NCBI GenBank assembly: GCA_032249235.1
Contig: JAVVGF010000001.1
Coordinates: 320,001-384,000 of the forward strand
Source of the DNA: Thermoproteota archaeon
GTDB lineage: Archaea; Thermoproteota; Thermoprotei; Gearchaeales; Gearchaeaceae
Reading direction: 5' to 3'
Length of the DNA stretch: 64,000 nucleotides
Below the pieces are notes generated by a model. It ran no database searches. It was not told the DNA's origin and worked only from the letters and a program-made list of their open reading frames with translations. Below are positions 1-10,470 of the stretch, piece after piece. Made by a program: the position numbers and the translations under genes. The first letter of the stretch is position 1, and every line of letters begins with the position of its first letter.

Positions 1-28
1 AATTGAAGGAAATTTTAAAAAATCTAAT

Positions 29-1486
29 CTAAGTAAAGCCTAGCAAAATGAATATCGGAGCTATACCAAGAATTATGCTAACTATCATCATTCCAATAGG
101 AGCTGCGATTTCTAAGTTTGATGCATCTGAACTTATGATCAATTCCTCTTTCTTTCTTCCAAAAGATACCCTCTTGAGCATTTGTAAAAAGTAACATGTT
201 GTAACGACAAGCGCTAGAAGGACAAGTACCGTTAAAGTCAAATAGAGCATACTTGAAGTTATTAAACGTATTAAACCAACAATTATTAAAAGCTCAGCTA
301 TGAAGCCGCTTGTTCCAGGCAATCCTATATCGCCTAAAGTTGCCAGTATTAAGCTAAATGAAAACTTTGGCATGTAAGAATTCAATCCGCCCAGCTTGCT
401 TATCAATCTTGTTCCGGTTCTTTCTTTAATTACTCCTGAAAGTATGAAAAGTGCTCCAATTATGAAACCATGACTTATCATTATAAAAATTGCTGTTGTA
501 TACAAAAGATTAGCTATAGGAGTATTTAGCTGATTAAATGAAGTAGCAATTGCAAGCATTACTAAACTCATTTGTGTTATGCTCCCATATGCTATCATTC
601 TTTTCAGATCATCTTGTGTCATTGCAACATAGCTTATATAAGCTGTCGAAATCGCAGCTAACAATGAAATATATATAAAATATGAATTCGCTATATCTGG
701 TACTAGTGGATATGCAATTCTAAGCATACCATATCCTCCCATTTTGAGCAAGAGAGAAGCAAGTATTACGCTTACAGGACTAGGTGCTTCAACATGTGCA
801 TCAGGTAACCATGTATGAAATGGAGGAATCGGCATTTTAATAGCAAATGCTATGAAGAAAGCGAAGAATATCAATGTTTTGAGAAATGTATCTAGCATTA
901 CTATATTGGAGAAATAGGCATCGAATGAGAAGCTTTTAGCTGCATATGCATAACCTATGAATATACCTAGAAGCATTATAACACTTCCAATGTGAGTGTA
1001 TATTAAGAACTTCATAGCCGCATAATGTCTTCTCTCATCTCCCCAAATATCTATAAGGAAAAACATTGGAATCAAAACAACCTCCCAGAAAATGAAGAAA
1101 AATAAGAAATCTCTTGCTAAAAAAGTTCCAGTTATTCCTATTTGGGTTACTAAAATTAGGAAATTATAAGTTCTTATCGAATGATGAATTAAAGTCAATG
1201 AAGAAAGTGCGACAAAAAACATAACTATACCTGTTAGAAGTACTAAAGATAAGCTAACTGCATCTCCGTAAAGATATAATGAAGAATTTATAGAATTCAA
1301 GCCAGTAATGACATAATTTTCTTTTAAAATGGATTTATTGATTAAAAAATTATACCAGATATATATGCTAAGTATCATTGTAATTATAGTTGAAATTATG
1401 GTAATTAATTGAGATATTTTATCTTTGAATATTAGTGAAATTATCGAAAAAATTAATGGAACAATTATTAAATAAATCAGTATCAT
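29..1486 (-). CDS. nuoM: NADH-quinone oxidoreductase subunit M (antiporter-like)
   Basis: Highly hydrophobic 485 aa; FFIFWEVVLIPMFFLI, KMPIPPFHTWLPDAHVEAP, LLKMGGYG motifs; 4-bp overlap with nuoL. Confidence 0.92.
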   Translation of the reverse strand: MILIYLIIVPLIFSIISLIFKDKISQLITIISTIITMILSIYIWYNFLINKSILKENYVITGLNSINSSLYLYGDAVSLSLVLLTGIVMFFVALSSLTLIHHSIRTYNFLILVTQIGITGTFLARDFLFFFIFWEVVLIPMFFLIDIWGDERRHYAAMKFLIYTHIGSVIMLLGIFIGYAYAAKSFSFDAYFSNIVMLDTFLKTLIFFAFFIAFAIKMPIPPFHTWLPDAHVEAPSPVSVILASLLLKMGGYGMLRIAYPLVPDIANSYFIYISLLAAISTAYISYVAMTQDDLKRMIAYGSITQMSLVMLAIATSFNQLNTPIANLLYTTAIFIMISHGFIIGALFILSGVIKERTGTRLISKLGGLNSYMPKFSFSLILATLGDIGLPGTSGFIAELLIIVGLIRLITSSMLYLTLTVLVLLALVVTTCYFLQMLKRVSFGRKKEELIISSDASNLEIAAPIGMMIVSIILGIAPIFILLGFT

Positions 1487-3360
1487 ATCAAGAAAACTAA
1501 AACTAAAATCAATAGGAATGAAGCAGTAGCAAATACGTAGAAAATGTATTGCTCAAGATTTCCTGTTTGAATTCTTCTTATATTATTTCCTGCTATTTTT
1601 GCAGCTTGACCAATGCCATTTACTATTCCGTCAATTATCTTATCATCGAAAAACTTTGCTGCAAGTCCTAAAATCCAGCCTGCATATTTCGCAATTCTTT
1701 CATAAACGTAATCGAAATAGTAGCCATTCTCTAAGATTTTATACAATATCTTGCCTGTGCTACTATTAACAAAACCCTTCATCCATTGAGCATTATAGTA
1801 TTGATAATATAGATAAGCTCCGCTTACCGTTATTAGAAGAACGATCAAATCTAAAAGTATCGAATTAAGTTCATTTGCTAACATTACATATTCACCTCCC
1901 AATATTGCGGGAAGGTTTGTTAATAACGCGAATATACCGAATCCGATTGTTAATATAATAAAGCCAAACATCGGTATTTTCATCGTTAAGTTTTCTGGTT
2001 CAGCTTCTTCTGCTTTCTTACTTCTTGCTTTACCTAAAAAAGTTAATTGGACAATCCTCATCCAATAAATTGCTGTGAAAAATGATGATAGAACTCCTAA
2101 AATGAAAAGCAGATTATTTTTACCAAATGCTTCTTCTAAAATTGGTTCTTTGGTAAAGAATCCGCTTAAAGGAGGAATTCCCATTATACTTAATCCTCCT
2201 AAAATCATCGAGTAATAGGCTATTTTCATTCTATTAGCTAATCCTCCCATTTCAAGCATGTTCCTTGTACCTAGTTCATGAATTACTGCTCCTGCGCTTA
2301 AAAACATTAAAGCCTTTGAAAAAGCATGTGCATATAAATGCATGATTGAACCTGAAGGTAAACCAATGCCCAATGCGAGCATCATTAAGCCCAATTGACT
2401 AATAGTTGAATATGCTAACACTTTCTTTATATCATTGGCAACTATTCCTAGAATTCCTGCATAAAGAGAAGTTACGGCTCCTATTATGCCTACAACGGCT
2501 AATGGAATTGTATCTATAGAAAACATAACGTAAAGTCTTGCAACTAAATATACGCCTGCGGCAACCATTGTGGCAGAATGAATTAACGCACTAACTGTTG
2601 TAGGTCCTTCCATCGCATCTGGCAACCATACATGCAATGGGAATTGGGCACTTTTACCAATGCTACCTCCAAAGAATAGTAGTGGTATTATTGTTGAAAG
2701 GCCTAATGCAACTAAAACTTGGTTTATTAAACCTGCTTGTATTTCTGCAACTGTGGGTAAGTATCCTAATTTAACCCATAGCAACGTAATTCCAGCTAAG
2801 AAAAATACATCACCAATCCTCGTAACTATAAATGCTTTTCTAGCTGCAGCAGCAACTTCTTCTCTTTCATGCCAAAATCCTATAAGTAAATATGATGCCA
2901 AGCCTACAAATTCCCAGAATAAATATAACATTATAAGATTATTCGATAAAACAAGCCCTTGCATCGAACCAACGAAAAATGACATCTCAGCAAAATATCT
3001 TGCAAGTCCTGGGTCTCCTTTCATATATTCAAGAGAGAATATGAATATTAGCAAGCTAACTATTGCGACAACAAGTGCTGTTGTTACGCTTAAATTATCA
3101 AGATATAATGACCAAGTCAATCCTTTAATTTCTCCAAATGAACTTTTGAAATCAGGTATTAATTGAAATCCTTCAATAACACTTTGATTTCCTGAAGCAT
3201 ATATCTCATTCGCTGTAAATATAGCAGCTAATAGAGATACAAAAACTGCTGCGATTGCTACATATCCTCCGCCCGCTTTAAGTTTTCTTCCAAATACTAA
3301 TATGAAAGGAGATATCAACAAAGGCACTAGTATTATGAGCCAAGCTATTTCTTTGATCAT
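1483..3360 (-). CDS. nuoL: NADH-quinone oxidoreductase subunit L
   Basis: WEFVGLASYLLIGFW, KSAQFPLHVWLPDAMEGPTTVSALIHSATMV motifs; C-terminal IDGIVNG...IQTG lateral helix. Confidence 0.95.
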   Translation of the reverse strand: MIKEIAWLIILVPLLISPFILVFGRKLKAGGGYVAIAAVFVSLLAAIFTANEIYASGNQSVIEGFQLIPDFKSSFGEIKGLTWSLYLDNLSVTTALVVAIVSLLIFIFSLEYMKGDPGLARYFAEMSFFVGSMQGLVLSNNLIMLYLFWEFVGLASYLLIGFWHEREEVAAAARKAFIVTRIGDVFFLAGITLLWVKLGYLPTVAEIQAGLINQVLVALGLSTIIPLLFFGGSIGKSAQFPLHVWLPDAMEGPTTVSALIHSATMVAAGVYLVARLYVMFSIDTIPLAVVGIIGAVTSLYAGILGIVANDIKKVLAYSTISQLGLMMLALGIGLPSGSIMHLYAHAFSKALMFLSAGAVIHELGTRNMLEMGGLANRMKIAYYSMILGGLSIMGIPPLSGFFTKEPILEEAFGKNNLLFILGVLSSFFTAIYWMRIVQLTFLGKARSKKAEEAEPENLTMKIPMFGFIILTIGFGIFALLTNLPAILGGEYVMLANELNSILLDLIVLLITVSGAYLYYQYYNAQWMKGFVNSSTGKILYKILENGYYFDYVYERIAKYAGWILGLAAKFFDDKIIDGIVNGIGQAAKIAGNNIRRIQTGNLEQYIFYVFATASFLLILVLVFLI

Positions 3361-3417
3361 ACGTGTTCATGAAATGATAATTTTCAAATTTATATCTTAC
3401 GTTGTTAAATATCGTTA

Positions 3418-4011
3418 GTGGAGGAATCTAGCTTCAAGAAAAGGCTTAGTAAGCGTTTAGCTGCATATATTCTTGTCACAATTTTGATAGGAGTAATTTT
3501 AGTAGGAATGTCATCTTTAAGGATTGCTACTAATGCAATAAATCAAGAACGAGTTCAGAACACAGAGAAAGAGCTCGCGCAAATTAGAAATCAGACTCAA
3601 GTCGAAATTTTCTTCTCAATTTTTAAAAACAATTACTTCATAGCATTGAACTTTCTCCCTCCTATAGCTGGACCAGTTTTCTTTGTTTTAGTTATGTATT
3701 CGACAGCTGAAATTTTTGCTGCTAGGTCAATTGAACTCTCTAACAACACGTTATCTCCTTATCTAATATCATTTTTATACATTTTTTCCTTAATGTTCAG
3801 CCCTACAGTATTATTTTTTGGATTCCTAGAATTTTTAGGCTATGCAATTGCTATAGCCCAAAGTTTTTATTTGATTGGATCTGCGCTAAGAACAATAAAA
3901 GAACGTCAAATCGCTATCTTTACAAATGAATTAAAATTCACTGCTTATACAGCTTTAATTATCGCATTAATATTATTACTTGCTGCTTATCTAGAATCTC
4001 TTTTAGTATAA
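3418..4011 (+). CDS. Stage II sporulation protein M (SpoIIM/DUF95)-like membrane protein
   Basis: IFKNN motif, FGFLEFLGY, terminal LLAAYLES; several TM segments. Confidence 0.65.
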   Translation: MEESSFKKRLSKRLAAYILVTILIGVILVGMSSLRIATNAINQERVQNTEKELAQIRNQTQVEIFFSIFKNNYFIALNFLPPIAGPVFFVLVMYSTAEIFAARSIELSNNTLSPYLISFLYIFSLMFSPTVLFFGFLEFLGYAIAIAQSFYLIGSALRTIKERQIAIFTNELKFTAYTALIIALILLLAAYLESLLV

Positions 4012-4631
4012 TAAACTGATATTGGAAGTAATATAAATATAATTAATATGATAATGCTAGATATAACTATTATATGACTAAGTTTATTATTAATCAAGTA
4101 TATTAAAATTAAAATTTGAAAAAAAGAATATATAAATGTAAATATTCCGTCCGTCTTTTTTACTCTTATTATTCCTCTTAATTTCCTGTTATTCATTAGC
4201 AAATCTACTCCCTCAATTGTTATTGCATCCCCCATCAAATGAAGAAAATATGCGCCTATAATGGAAAACGGTATTAATAAAGACTTAAGCCAATTTATCT
4301 TAAAGTTCAAGAGCAAAATCCATATTAAAATCACGATGATTGAGAAAAATCCTAATCCGTATATAGAATGTGTTATTCCTCTATGTTTTATTTTATCTTT
4401 CTTTCTTAAAATTAACGCTAATATTATAAAAAAGAAATAAAAAATTGCACCAAGAATTTTTGATTTTCCATGTTTAGATCTATAAATGTCTATATCAGGA
4501 AAATTTGAAAATAGAAATAACATTAAAGCTGAAGCGATGATGATATTATAATCAAAGTTGTTCTGATAAAGAAAAACATATGTAGGAAGGAAAGTCATTA
4601 GATTGAATGTTAAATGATATCTTCCTAACAT
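3987..4631 (-). CDS. Membrane-bound metal-dependent hydrolase (YdjM/DUF457 family)
   Basis: N-terminal H, PDID, HRGITHS, HLMGD motifs. Confidence 0.8.
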   Translation of the reverse strand: MLGRYHLTFNLMTFLPTYVFLYQNNFDYNIIIASALMLFLFSNFPDIDIYRSKHGKSKILGAIFYFFFIILALILRKKDKIKHRGITHSIYGLGFFSIIVILIWILLLNFKINWLKSLLIPFSIIGAYFLHLMGDAITIEGVDLLMNNRKLRGIIRVKKTDGIFTFIYSFFQILILIYLINNKLSHIIVISSIIILIIFILLPISVYYTKRDSR

Positions 4632-4746
4632 ATGAGGATTTTTATTTAAAATTTAAAGCTTTATCAGCTCGTCTCTTCTTCATCATTATTCAGTGGCTGC
4701 TTGCTTCATCACAAATATTAAATATTGTTATTCCTATAAATTTCTC

Positions 4747-5682
4747 ATGGTCTATGACATAATAATAATCGGTTCTGGTCCAGCAGGATATACTGCCGCA
4801 ATTTATTGTTCGAGAGCTCTTTTAAAGACTTTGCTTATTGCAGGCTATAATTATGGTGGTCAATTAATGTTGACTACCTTAGTTGAAAATTTTCCAGGAT
4901 TTCCTGAAGGAATTTTGGGACCAGAATTGATGAAAAGAATGGAAGAGCAAGCTGAGAAATTCGGTACTGAAATAATTAAAAGGGATGTGACGAAAGTTGA
5001 TTTGGGCACAAAACCTTTCAAAATTTGGGTTGAGGATGAGCTTTATGAGGCATGGTCTTTAATAATTGCAACAGGAGCGAGACCTAGATTCCTAGGCGTT
5101 AAAGGTGAAAAAGAATTACTAGGAAGAGGAGTTTCAACTTGCGCACCATGCGATGCACCTTTTTATAAAGGAAAGGAAGTCATCGTTGTAGGTGGAGGTG
5201 ATAGTGCTATGGAAGAAGCATTGGAATTAACTAAGCATGCTAGTAAGGTTACAATAGTTCATAGGAGAGATCAGTTCAGAGCACAAAAAATATTGCAAGA
5301 AAGAGTCTTTAAGAATCCGAAAATAGAAATAAAGTGGTCTCATGTTGTTGAAGAAATCGTAGGTAAAAATAAAGTTGAAGGTGTAATATTACGAGATCTT
5401 AAGAGTAATAATAGTTATTTCTTTAAATGTGATGGTGTTTTTATAGCAATCGGTTATGAACCTAATACTGAATTGTTTAAAGGTCAAGTAGAAATGGATG
5501 AAAAAGGCTATATAAAAGTCAAAGAATTTACAAAAACAAACATCGAAGGTGTGTTCGTAGCAGGAGAAGCTACAGATTATATTTATAGACAAGCAATAAC
5601 TGCAGCAGGTGATGGATGCAAAGCAGCTTTGGATGCTATTAAATACATTGATGAATTAAAGTCAAAGAAAATTATTACTTGA
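4747..5682 (+). CDS. trxB: Thioredoxin reductase
   Basis: GSGPAG, redox CAPC, GGGDSA motifs; start moved to ATG 4747 (TATA-like TTAAATA about 29 nt upstream). Confidence 0.95.
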   Translation: MVYDIIIIGSGPAGYTAAIYCSRALLKTLLIAGYNYGGQLMLTTLVENFPGFPEGILGPELMKRMEEQAEKFGTEIIKRDVTKVDLGTKPFKIWVEDELYEAWSLIIATGARPRFLGVKGEKELLGRGVSTCAPCDAPFYKGKEVIVVGGGDSAMEEALELTKHASKVTIVHRRDQFRAQKILQERVFKNPKIEIKWSHVVEEIVGKNKVEGVILRDLKSNNSYFFKCDGVFIAIGYEPNTELFKGQVEMDEKGYIKVKEFTKTNIEGVFVAGEATDYIYRQAITAAGDGCKAALDAIKYIDELKSKKIIT

Positions 5683-6323
5683 TGAAAAAAGCAATCTTAA
5701 TAGATATCGATGATTGTATTTTAAATACGATAAAAAGAAAAAAAGCAATATTTGAATTTCTATTGAATAAAAAAGTTCCTGCTTCAGAGATAATAGGCAA
5801 AAGGACAGCTGAAATACTAAGCAAGTATGTTTCGATTGAGAAAGTTTCTGAATATAGATTTAAATTCTGGAGTATTGCGCTCTGCGTAGATCCTATAGGA
5901 GAGAAGTTTTTATATTTGGATGAACCTGAACCTTATGCAAGACATATTCTAAGAAAGTTATCAAAAAAATATGAAATTTTTTATATAACAAATAGATTAG
6001 TATCAATGCAAAAATATACAGAATTAACTTTAAAGAGATATAATTTTCCAAAATATTGGAATATAATATCTGCCGATGATTATACTTTTTTTAAAAATGA
6101 AAATGGAAGGAAAACAATAATTAAAAAATTGCCATCAGAATATGAATATGCAGTTGTAGTTGATGATTTACCTGAAAATTATATTTATTATAAACAAATA
6201 GGCATAAAAAATATAATAGGTTATATGAAATACATAGTCTTAGACGAAAAGTTATTCTATGAACATGGGGCGAGTCTTGTCATTAAAAGTTGGAAAGAAT
6301 TCCCGTTGAAAGATTTCTTATAG
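5682..6323 (+). CDS. HAD-superfamily hydrolase
   Basis: DIDD motif I, ITNR motif II, VVVDD motif IV; start overlaps trxB stop. Confidence 0.7.
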   Translation: MKKAILIDIDDCILNTIKRKKAIFEFLLNKKVPASEIIGKRTAEILSKYVSIEKVSEYRFKFWSIALCVDPIGEKFLYLDEPEPYARHILRKLSKKYEIFYITNRLVSMQKYTELTLKRYNFPKYWNIISADDYTFFKNENGRKTIIKKLPSEYEYAVVVDDLPENYIYYKQIGIKNIIGYMKYIVLDEKLFYEHGASLVIKSWKEFPLKDFL

Positions 6324-6370
6324 AAGAAAAGCTAGAAAGTTATTTAAATTAGTCATTTTTTATTTTCTTA

Positions 6371-6895
6371 ATGAAAATCCTCTTCCTGCTAGGCGAAGGT
6401 TTTGAAGATATAGAATTCTATTATCCGTATTACAGATTGATCGAAGAAGGTTTCAATGTAATAGTTGCAGGCAAAAGCAAATCAAAGATAACAGGGAAAA
6501 GAGGTTATAGCTTTGAACCGCATATAACCTTTGATGAAGTGAAGCCTGAAGAGTATGATGCTCTCGTTATTCCTGGTGGTAAGTCTCCTGCAAATATAAG
6601 AGATGATCCGAATGTACAAAAGATTGTCAAATATTTCATGCAAAATTCAAAGCCTGTAGCTGCGATATGCCATGGGCCTCAAGTTTTAGTCTCAGCAGGA
6701 GTTGTAAAAGGTAGAAAATTGACATCTTGGTATGAAGTTTCTAAAGAAATAGTAGCAGCAGGAGGCGAATATATGAATAGCGAAGTTATTATCGATGGAA
6801 ATCTCATAACTTCTAGGCATCCAGGCGATTTGCCTTTTTTCGCTAGAGAGCTGATAAAAGCTTTGAAGAAAAAATTGGTAGAGGTCCAGAGATAA
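6371..6895 (+). CDS. pfpI: PfpI/DJ-1 family intracellular protease/deglycase
   Basis: FEDIE, IPGG, AICHGP nucleophile elbow, ITSRHPGD. Confidence 0.92.
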   Translation: MKILFLLGEGFEDIEFYYPYYRLIEEGFNVIVAGKSKSKITGKRGYSFEPHITFDEVKPEEYDALVIPGGKSPANIRDDPNVQKIVKYFMQNSKPVAAICHGPQVLVSAGVVKGRKLTSWYEVSKEIVAAGGEYMNSEVIIDGNLITSRHPGDLPFFARELIKALKKKLVEVQR

Positions 6896-7648
6896 TTGGG
6901 AGACATAAAATTTAGAATAGCTCATATCTCAGATACTCATATAAGCGATTTTGGTCAATATGTTGATAGCGTATTTGAAGAAGGCGTAAAGCTCGTAAAT
7001 AAACTAGATCCTAAACCAAATATTATAGTTCATTCAGGCGATTTAACTGATAATGGCGTATTATCAGAATATAAGCTTGCTCTTGATAAAATGTCAGAGT
7101 TTGATCAAAGAATGGTAATAACAACTGGAAATCATGATCAAAGGAATTTCGGTAATTCTTTGTTTGACGAGTTTATAGGCAAATTGGACTATGAAATTAG
7201 GATAGACGATTTCCAATTTTTAATAATAAATAGTGCACAGCCAGATAGGGATGAAGGTAGAATAGGTAGGAGAAGAATGGAATGGATATCTAACACTTTG
7301 GCTAAAGACAAAATAAAAATCTTGGTTTTTCATCATCACTTGATACCTGTACCGCATTCAGGAAGAGAAGCAAATGTGTTGGAGGATGCAGGAGATATTC
7401 TTGAGATGGCTATAAGAAATAAAGTTCATTTAGTGTTGATGGGGCATAGACATGTTAGGAATGTTATAAAAGTTGAGGATCTAATATTAGTAAACGCTGG
7501 AACATTTTCATGTAGAAGAACCAGAGGAAAATTTGGTTATTCTTTTAATTTAATTGATATAACTGAAGAAAATGAAGTATGCGTACAAGAAGTTTCGATA
7601 GATTATAACAAAACAACTTTATTAAAGAAATATAGCTTGAGATTTTAA
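6896..7648 (+). CDS. Calcineurin-like metallophosphoesterase (CpdA/Icc-like)
   Basis: HISDTH, SGDLTD, GNHD, FHHH, GHRH motifs all intact. Confidence 0.88.
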   Translation: MGDIKFRIAHISDTHISDFGQYVDSVFEEGVKLVNKLDPKPNIIVHSGDLTDNGVLSEYKLALDKMSEFDQRMVITTGNHDQRNFGNSLFDEFIGKLDYEIRIDDFQFLIINSAQPDRDEGRIGRRRMEWISNTLAKDKIKILVFHHHLIPVPHSGREANVLEDAGDILEMAIRNKVHLVLMGHRHVRNVIKVEDLILVNAGTFSCRRTRGKFGYSFNLIDITEENEVCVQEVSIDYNKTTLLKKYSLRF

Positions 7649-8593
7649 TTAAAATTTTGATAATATTTCATAAACTTTTTTGGCATAATCTTCTTTAATT
7701 TTTTCTTCATCAAACATTAGTAAAATGGTTCCTAAAATTGGCTTAACTTCCAATATTTTTATTTTTATATTATTCAATTTCTTTTTAATTTCTTCCTCGA
7801 CTAAATTAACGTAGAATAAATTTTTTGTCAACCCTCCTGTCAAATAGACTTCATTCCATCCTGTTTTTTCATGAATTACTTTGACGCATTCTGCTACTTG
7901 CTCAGCTTCATTTTTTAAAATTTTTAATATCTCTTCATCCTCCATTGCTTTTTGAATTATAAAAGGCGCAAGTTTAGCAATATCTTCATTATTCATTTTA
8001 GTGTAAACAATACTAGCTAAATCGCTAGGATTCTTTATTTTTAGTCTTTCAAATATTTCATCTTGTGTTTTAATTTTAGATAATCTACCATCATATCCTT
8101 TTAAAATTCTAGAAAAAGTTTTAATTACGATTCTATAAGCACTTCCTTCATCGCCTAGTAAATGACCCCAATTGCATGCTCTGATATAATTTCCCTTATT
8201 ATCGTATGCAGCTACCAAAGAACCTGTTCCTAATATTACTATTATTCCTTTATTTCCTCTCGTTGCTGCATAAAGCGCAGCTTCTCCATCATGGATTACG
8301 CGTAATTTTGCGAAAAGATCAAGTTTAGCTAGTTCTGATATCATCGTTTCATAATCTAGAGGGCTATTAATTCCTGCAAGTGCAATGCATGCATAATCAA
8401 CAGGAGGCTCAATATTCACAGCTGTGCAAGCTTGAATTGTAGCTTTTTCGATGTTTCTAATGGCTTTTTTTATTCCAACAGTTTGATAATTCGAAGGACC
8501 GCTATAAGCAAGAGCTATTTTCTCAGCATTCTCGTTAGTTATACATGCTTCTGTCTTCGTTGCACCTCCATCAATACCTAGAAACCATTTCAT
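7649..8593 (-). CDS. BadF/BadG/BcrA/BcrD-type ATPase, N-acetylglucosamine kinase-like
   Basis: GIDGGATKT, ILGTGS, WGHLLGDEGSA motifs; ATG at 8593 preferred over GTG 8605. Confidence 0.85.
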   Translation of the reverse strand: MKWFLGIDGGATKTEACITNENAEKIALAYSGPSNYQTVGIKKAIRNIEKATIQACTAVNIEPPVDYACIALAGINSPLDYETMISELAKLDLFAKLRVIHDGEAALYAATRGNKGIIVILGTGSLVAAYDNKGNYIRACNWGHLLGDEGSAYRIVIKTFSRILKGYDGRLSKIKTQDEIFERLKIKNPSDLASIVYTKMNNEDIAKLAPFIIQKAMEDEEILKILKNEAEQVAECVKVIHEKTGWNEVYLTGGLTKNLFYVNLVEEEIKKKLNNIKIKILEVKPILGTILLMFDEEKIKEDYAKKVYEILSKF

Positions 8594-8632
8594 ATAATTA
8601 CACAAATACTTTACTATAATTGATTGATTTTA

Positions 8633-8704
8633 AGCCGGGAGGGGGATTCGAACCCCCGTGAAACGGCTCTGCAGGCCGCCGCATAACCTCTATGCTATCC
8701 CGGC
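8633..8704 (-). tRNA. tRNA-Cys (GCA), intronless, CCA not encoded
   Basis: Minus strand GCCGGGATAGCATAGAGGTTATGCGGCGGCCTGCAGAGCCGTTTCACGGGGGTTCGAATCCCCCTCCCGGCT: acceptor stem GCCGGGA/TCCCGGC, anticodon loop CTGCAGA, T-loop TTCGAAT, U discriminator. Confidence 0.96.
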
Positions 8705-8759
8705 TTCTTCCAAATTAAAAAAGAATGGAAGAGGTTAATAATTTTTTTGATCGGAATAG

Positions 8760-9875
8760 TTACGCGACTTTATTGCTCAATTCTTTAAATATTTTAATTA
8801 AATCACTTATTTGAGCATTAGTTTTGATTCCTTTGCTATAGAAATGTGTTCTACCAGCTAAGAATCCCATTTCTTTTAACTTAACTATCACATCTCCAAT
8901 TTTTGGTTCATTAGTTTTTAGTTTACTTGCCAGGCTATCAAGCGTATAGAAAAAAGGAGGCTTTTCAATTTCTTGTTCTATAAACTCTATAAGTTCTCTC
9001 GCTTCAAATGAAATCTCTTTATTTTTCATGTTTTCAACAATTTCTTTATCGTAGATTTCTCCAAGCCATAAAGGCCCTGCAATTTGAGTTTTCTCTCCAC
9101 AATTTTCGCATATTTTGTTTATTTCTTTAAAGTCGAATATGTTTTTTCTCCATAAACAGTTTTGACAGTATTCTACATAGCCAATTTTAGCCAATATTGG
9201 GTCAACTTTACTTACGCTTACATACATTCGAAAATACACTCTCAAGTAATGTTTTGTCGCATGTGCAAAAACAGGTTCTAGTGCTAGTTCATTTGCGCTT
9301 GCAATTCTAATGCATGCTGCAATCAATATTCTAACCCCTATTTCTTTTGAAAATTCATTTTTTAAAGGGTGTGCAAAATATCTTCTCAAACAAGCCCTTC
9401 TAGCAACACCATATAGAGCAGCTGTATCTGTAGCTGCAATAGCGAGATAACCTTTATGCGCTAAGCTTCTCAAAGCAGGCTGTATGTAGTATATCGGAGA
9501 TCCAAAAGGATCTACATCTATGAAATCGAACCTTTTTCCTTTATATGCATGCTCTTCGAGCAACAAATTTGCATCTTTATTTTCTGCTTCAGCAATATTC
9601 TCTAACCCATTAATTTTGATGTTTTCCAAAATGTTTTCGTATGCAACCTTCAATTTATCGTTAAGTAAAATTTTCTCCACAGCTTCGGTTTCTAAAACAT
9701 ATCTAATTCCCCTTACTCCGGTAGCTGATAAAGGTTCGCATATTCTTAACTTTCTATTCATCTTTTTAAAAATAGAATCCAAAAAAGCAACTCCTATGTC
9801 CCTAGACAATTTCGCTTCAGGATTGTAGAATACTCCTTCTCTAACGATGATTTTTGCTTTACCTTCTTCTATCAT
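8760..9875 (-). CDS. trm1: tRNA (guanine-26-N2)-dimethyltransferase
   Basis: VFYNP...RD, SATGVRGIRY, DVDPFGSP, TDTAAL, CxxC...CxxC, GPLWLG. Confidence 0.95.
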   Translation of the reverse strand: MIEEGKAKIIVREGVFYNPEAKLSRDIGVAFLDSIFKKMNRKLRICEPLSATGVRGIRYVLETEAVEKILLNDKLKVAYENILENIKINGLENIAEAENKDANLLLEEHAYKGKRFDFIDVDPFGSPIYYIQPALRSLAHKGYLAIAATDTAALYGVARRACLRRYFAHPLKNEFSKEIGVRILIAACIRIASANELALEPVFAHATKHYLRVYFRMYVSVSKVDPILAKIGYVEYCQNCLWRKNIFDFKEINKICENCGEKTQIAGPLWLGEIYDKEIVENMKNKEISFEARELIEFIEQEIEKPPFFYTLDSLASKLKTNEPKIGDVIVKLKEMGFLAGRTHFYSKGIKTNAQISDLIKIFKELSNKVA

Positions 9876-10429
9876 CTAATTAAGATCCTTTTATCAGAAA
9901 CTATCATGTCCAATTTAACATCGTTTTCGCTAAAAGGTAGTTCTTTTATAATTTGAAAATCGTAAGCTATTCCTATCTTTAAACTTTGATGATTTTCTCT
10001 TAGAAACTTATCATATAAACCTAAACCATATCCAAGGCGATTAAAATTGAAGTCAAAGGCTACACCAGGAACAAGAATAATATCGATTTTTCCTTTGAAA
10101 ATTTCTTTGTTTTTAGGCACAGGTATTCCGAAATCATCCTTATCTAATTCTTCATCGTTTTTATACAAAACTGGATAGATTTTCTTCTCTTTTTTAACTG
10201 AACAGGGTAATAGTATTATCTTCTTCTCACTCATCTCTCTCAGAAAGTTGAATATATCTACTTCTTTTCTGATAGGATAATAACCCATAATCGATGTAGC
10301 TTTGTTTATTATTTCCAATTCTTTAAGTTTCCTAGAAATGGAATAGCTTGCATTAATTATTTCTTCTCTAGTTAGAGAAGATCTTATAAGCAGTAATTGC
10401 TTTCTTATTCTATCCTTTATCTCTTCCAT
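9872..10429 (-). CDS. 5-formyltetrahydrofolate cyclo-ligase
   Basis: VPGVAFD...RLGYGLGLYDKFL and DVKLD motifs. Confidence 0.9.
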   Translation of the reverse strand: MEEIKDRIRKQLLLIRSSLTREEIINASYSISRKLKELEIINKATSIMGYYPIRKEVDIFNFLREMSEKKIILLPCSVKKEKKIYPVLYKNDEELDKDDFGIPVPKNKEIFKGKIDIILVPGVAFDFNFNRLGYGLGLYDKFLRENHQSLKIGIAYDFQIIKELPFSENDVKLDMIVSDKRILIR

Positions 10430-10470
10430 TAATTATGATGTTTTTTATTAATTTTTTATAATTATTAAAG

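Noticed and set aside
2660-3166. 168-aa antisense ORF inside nuoL (also 30363-30911, 37300-37764 and the other nested ORFs in the track)
   Set aside because: Shadow frames of well-supported genes, with no motifs or promoters of their own
8633-8704. tRNA-Cys as att site of an integrated element
   Set aside because: No integrase, no duplicated tRNA fragment seen, and flanking genes are housekeeping
8706-8731. Short inverted repeat TCTTCCA/TGGAAGA upstream of tRNA-Cys
   Set aside because: Only 7-bp arms in a promoter region; compatible with chance and no sign of an integration site
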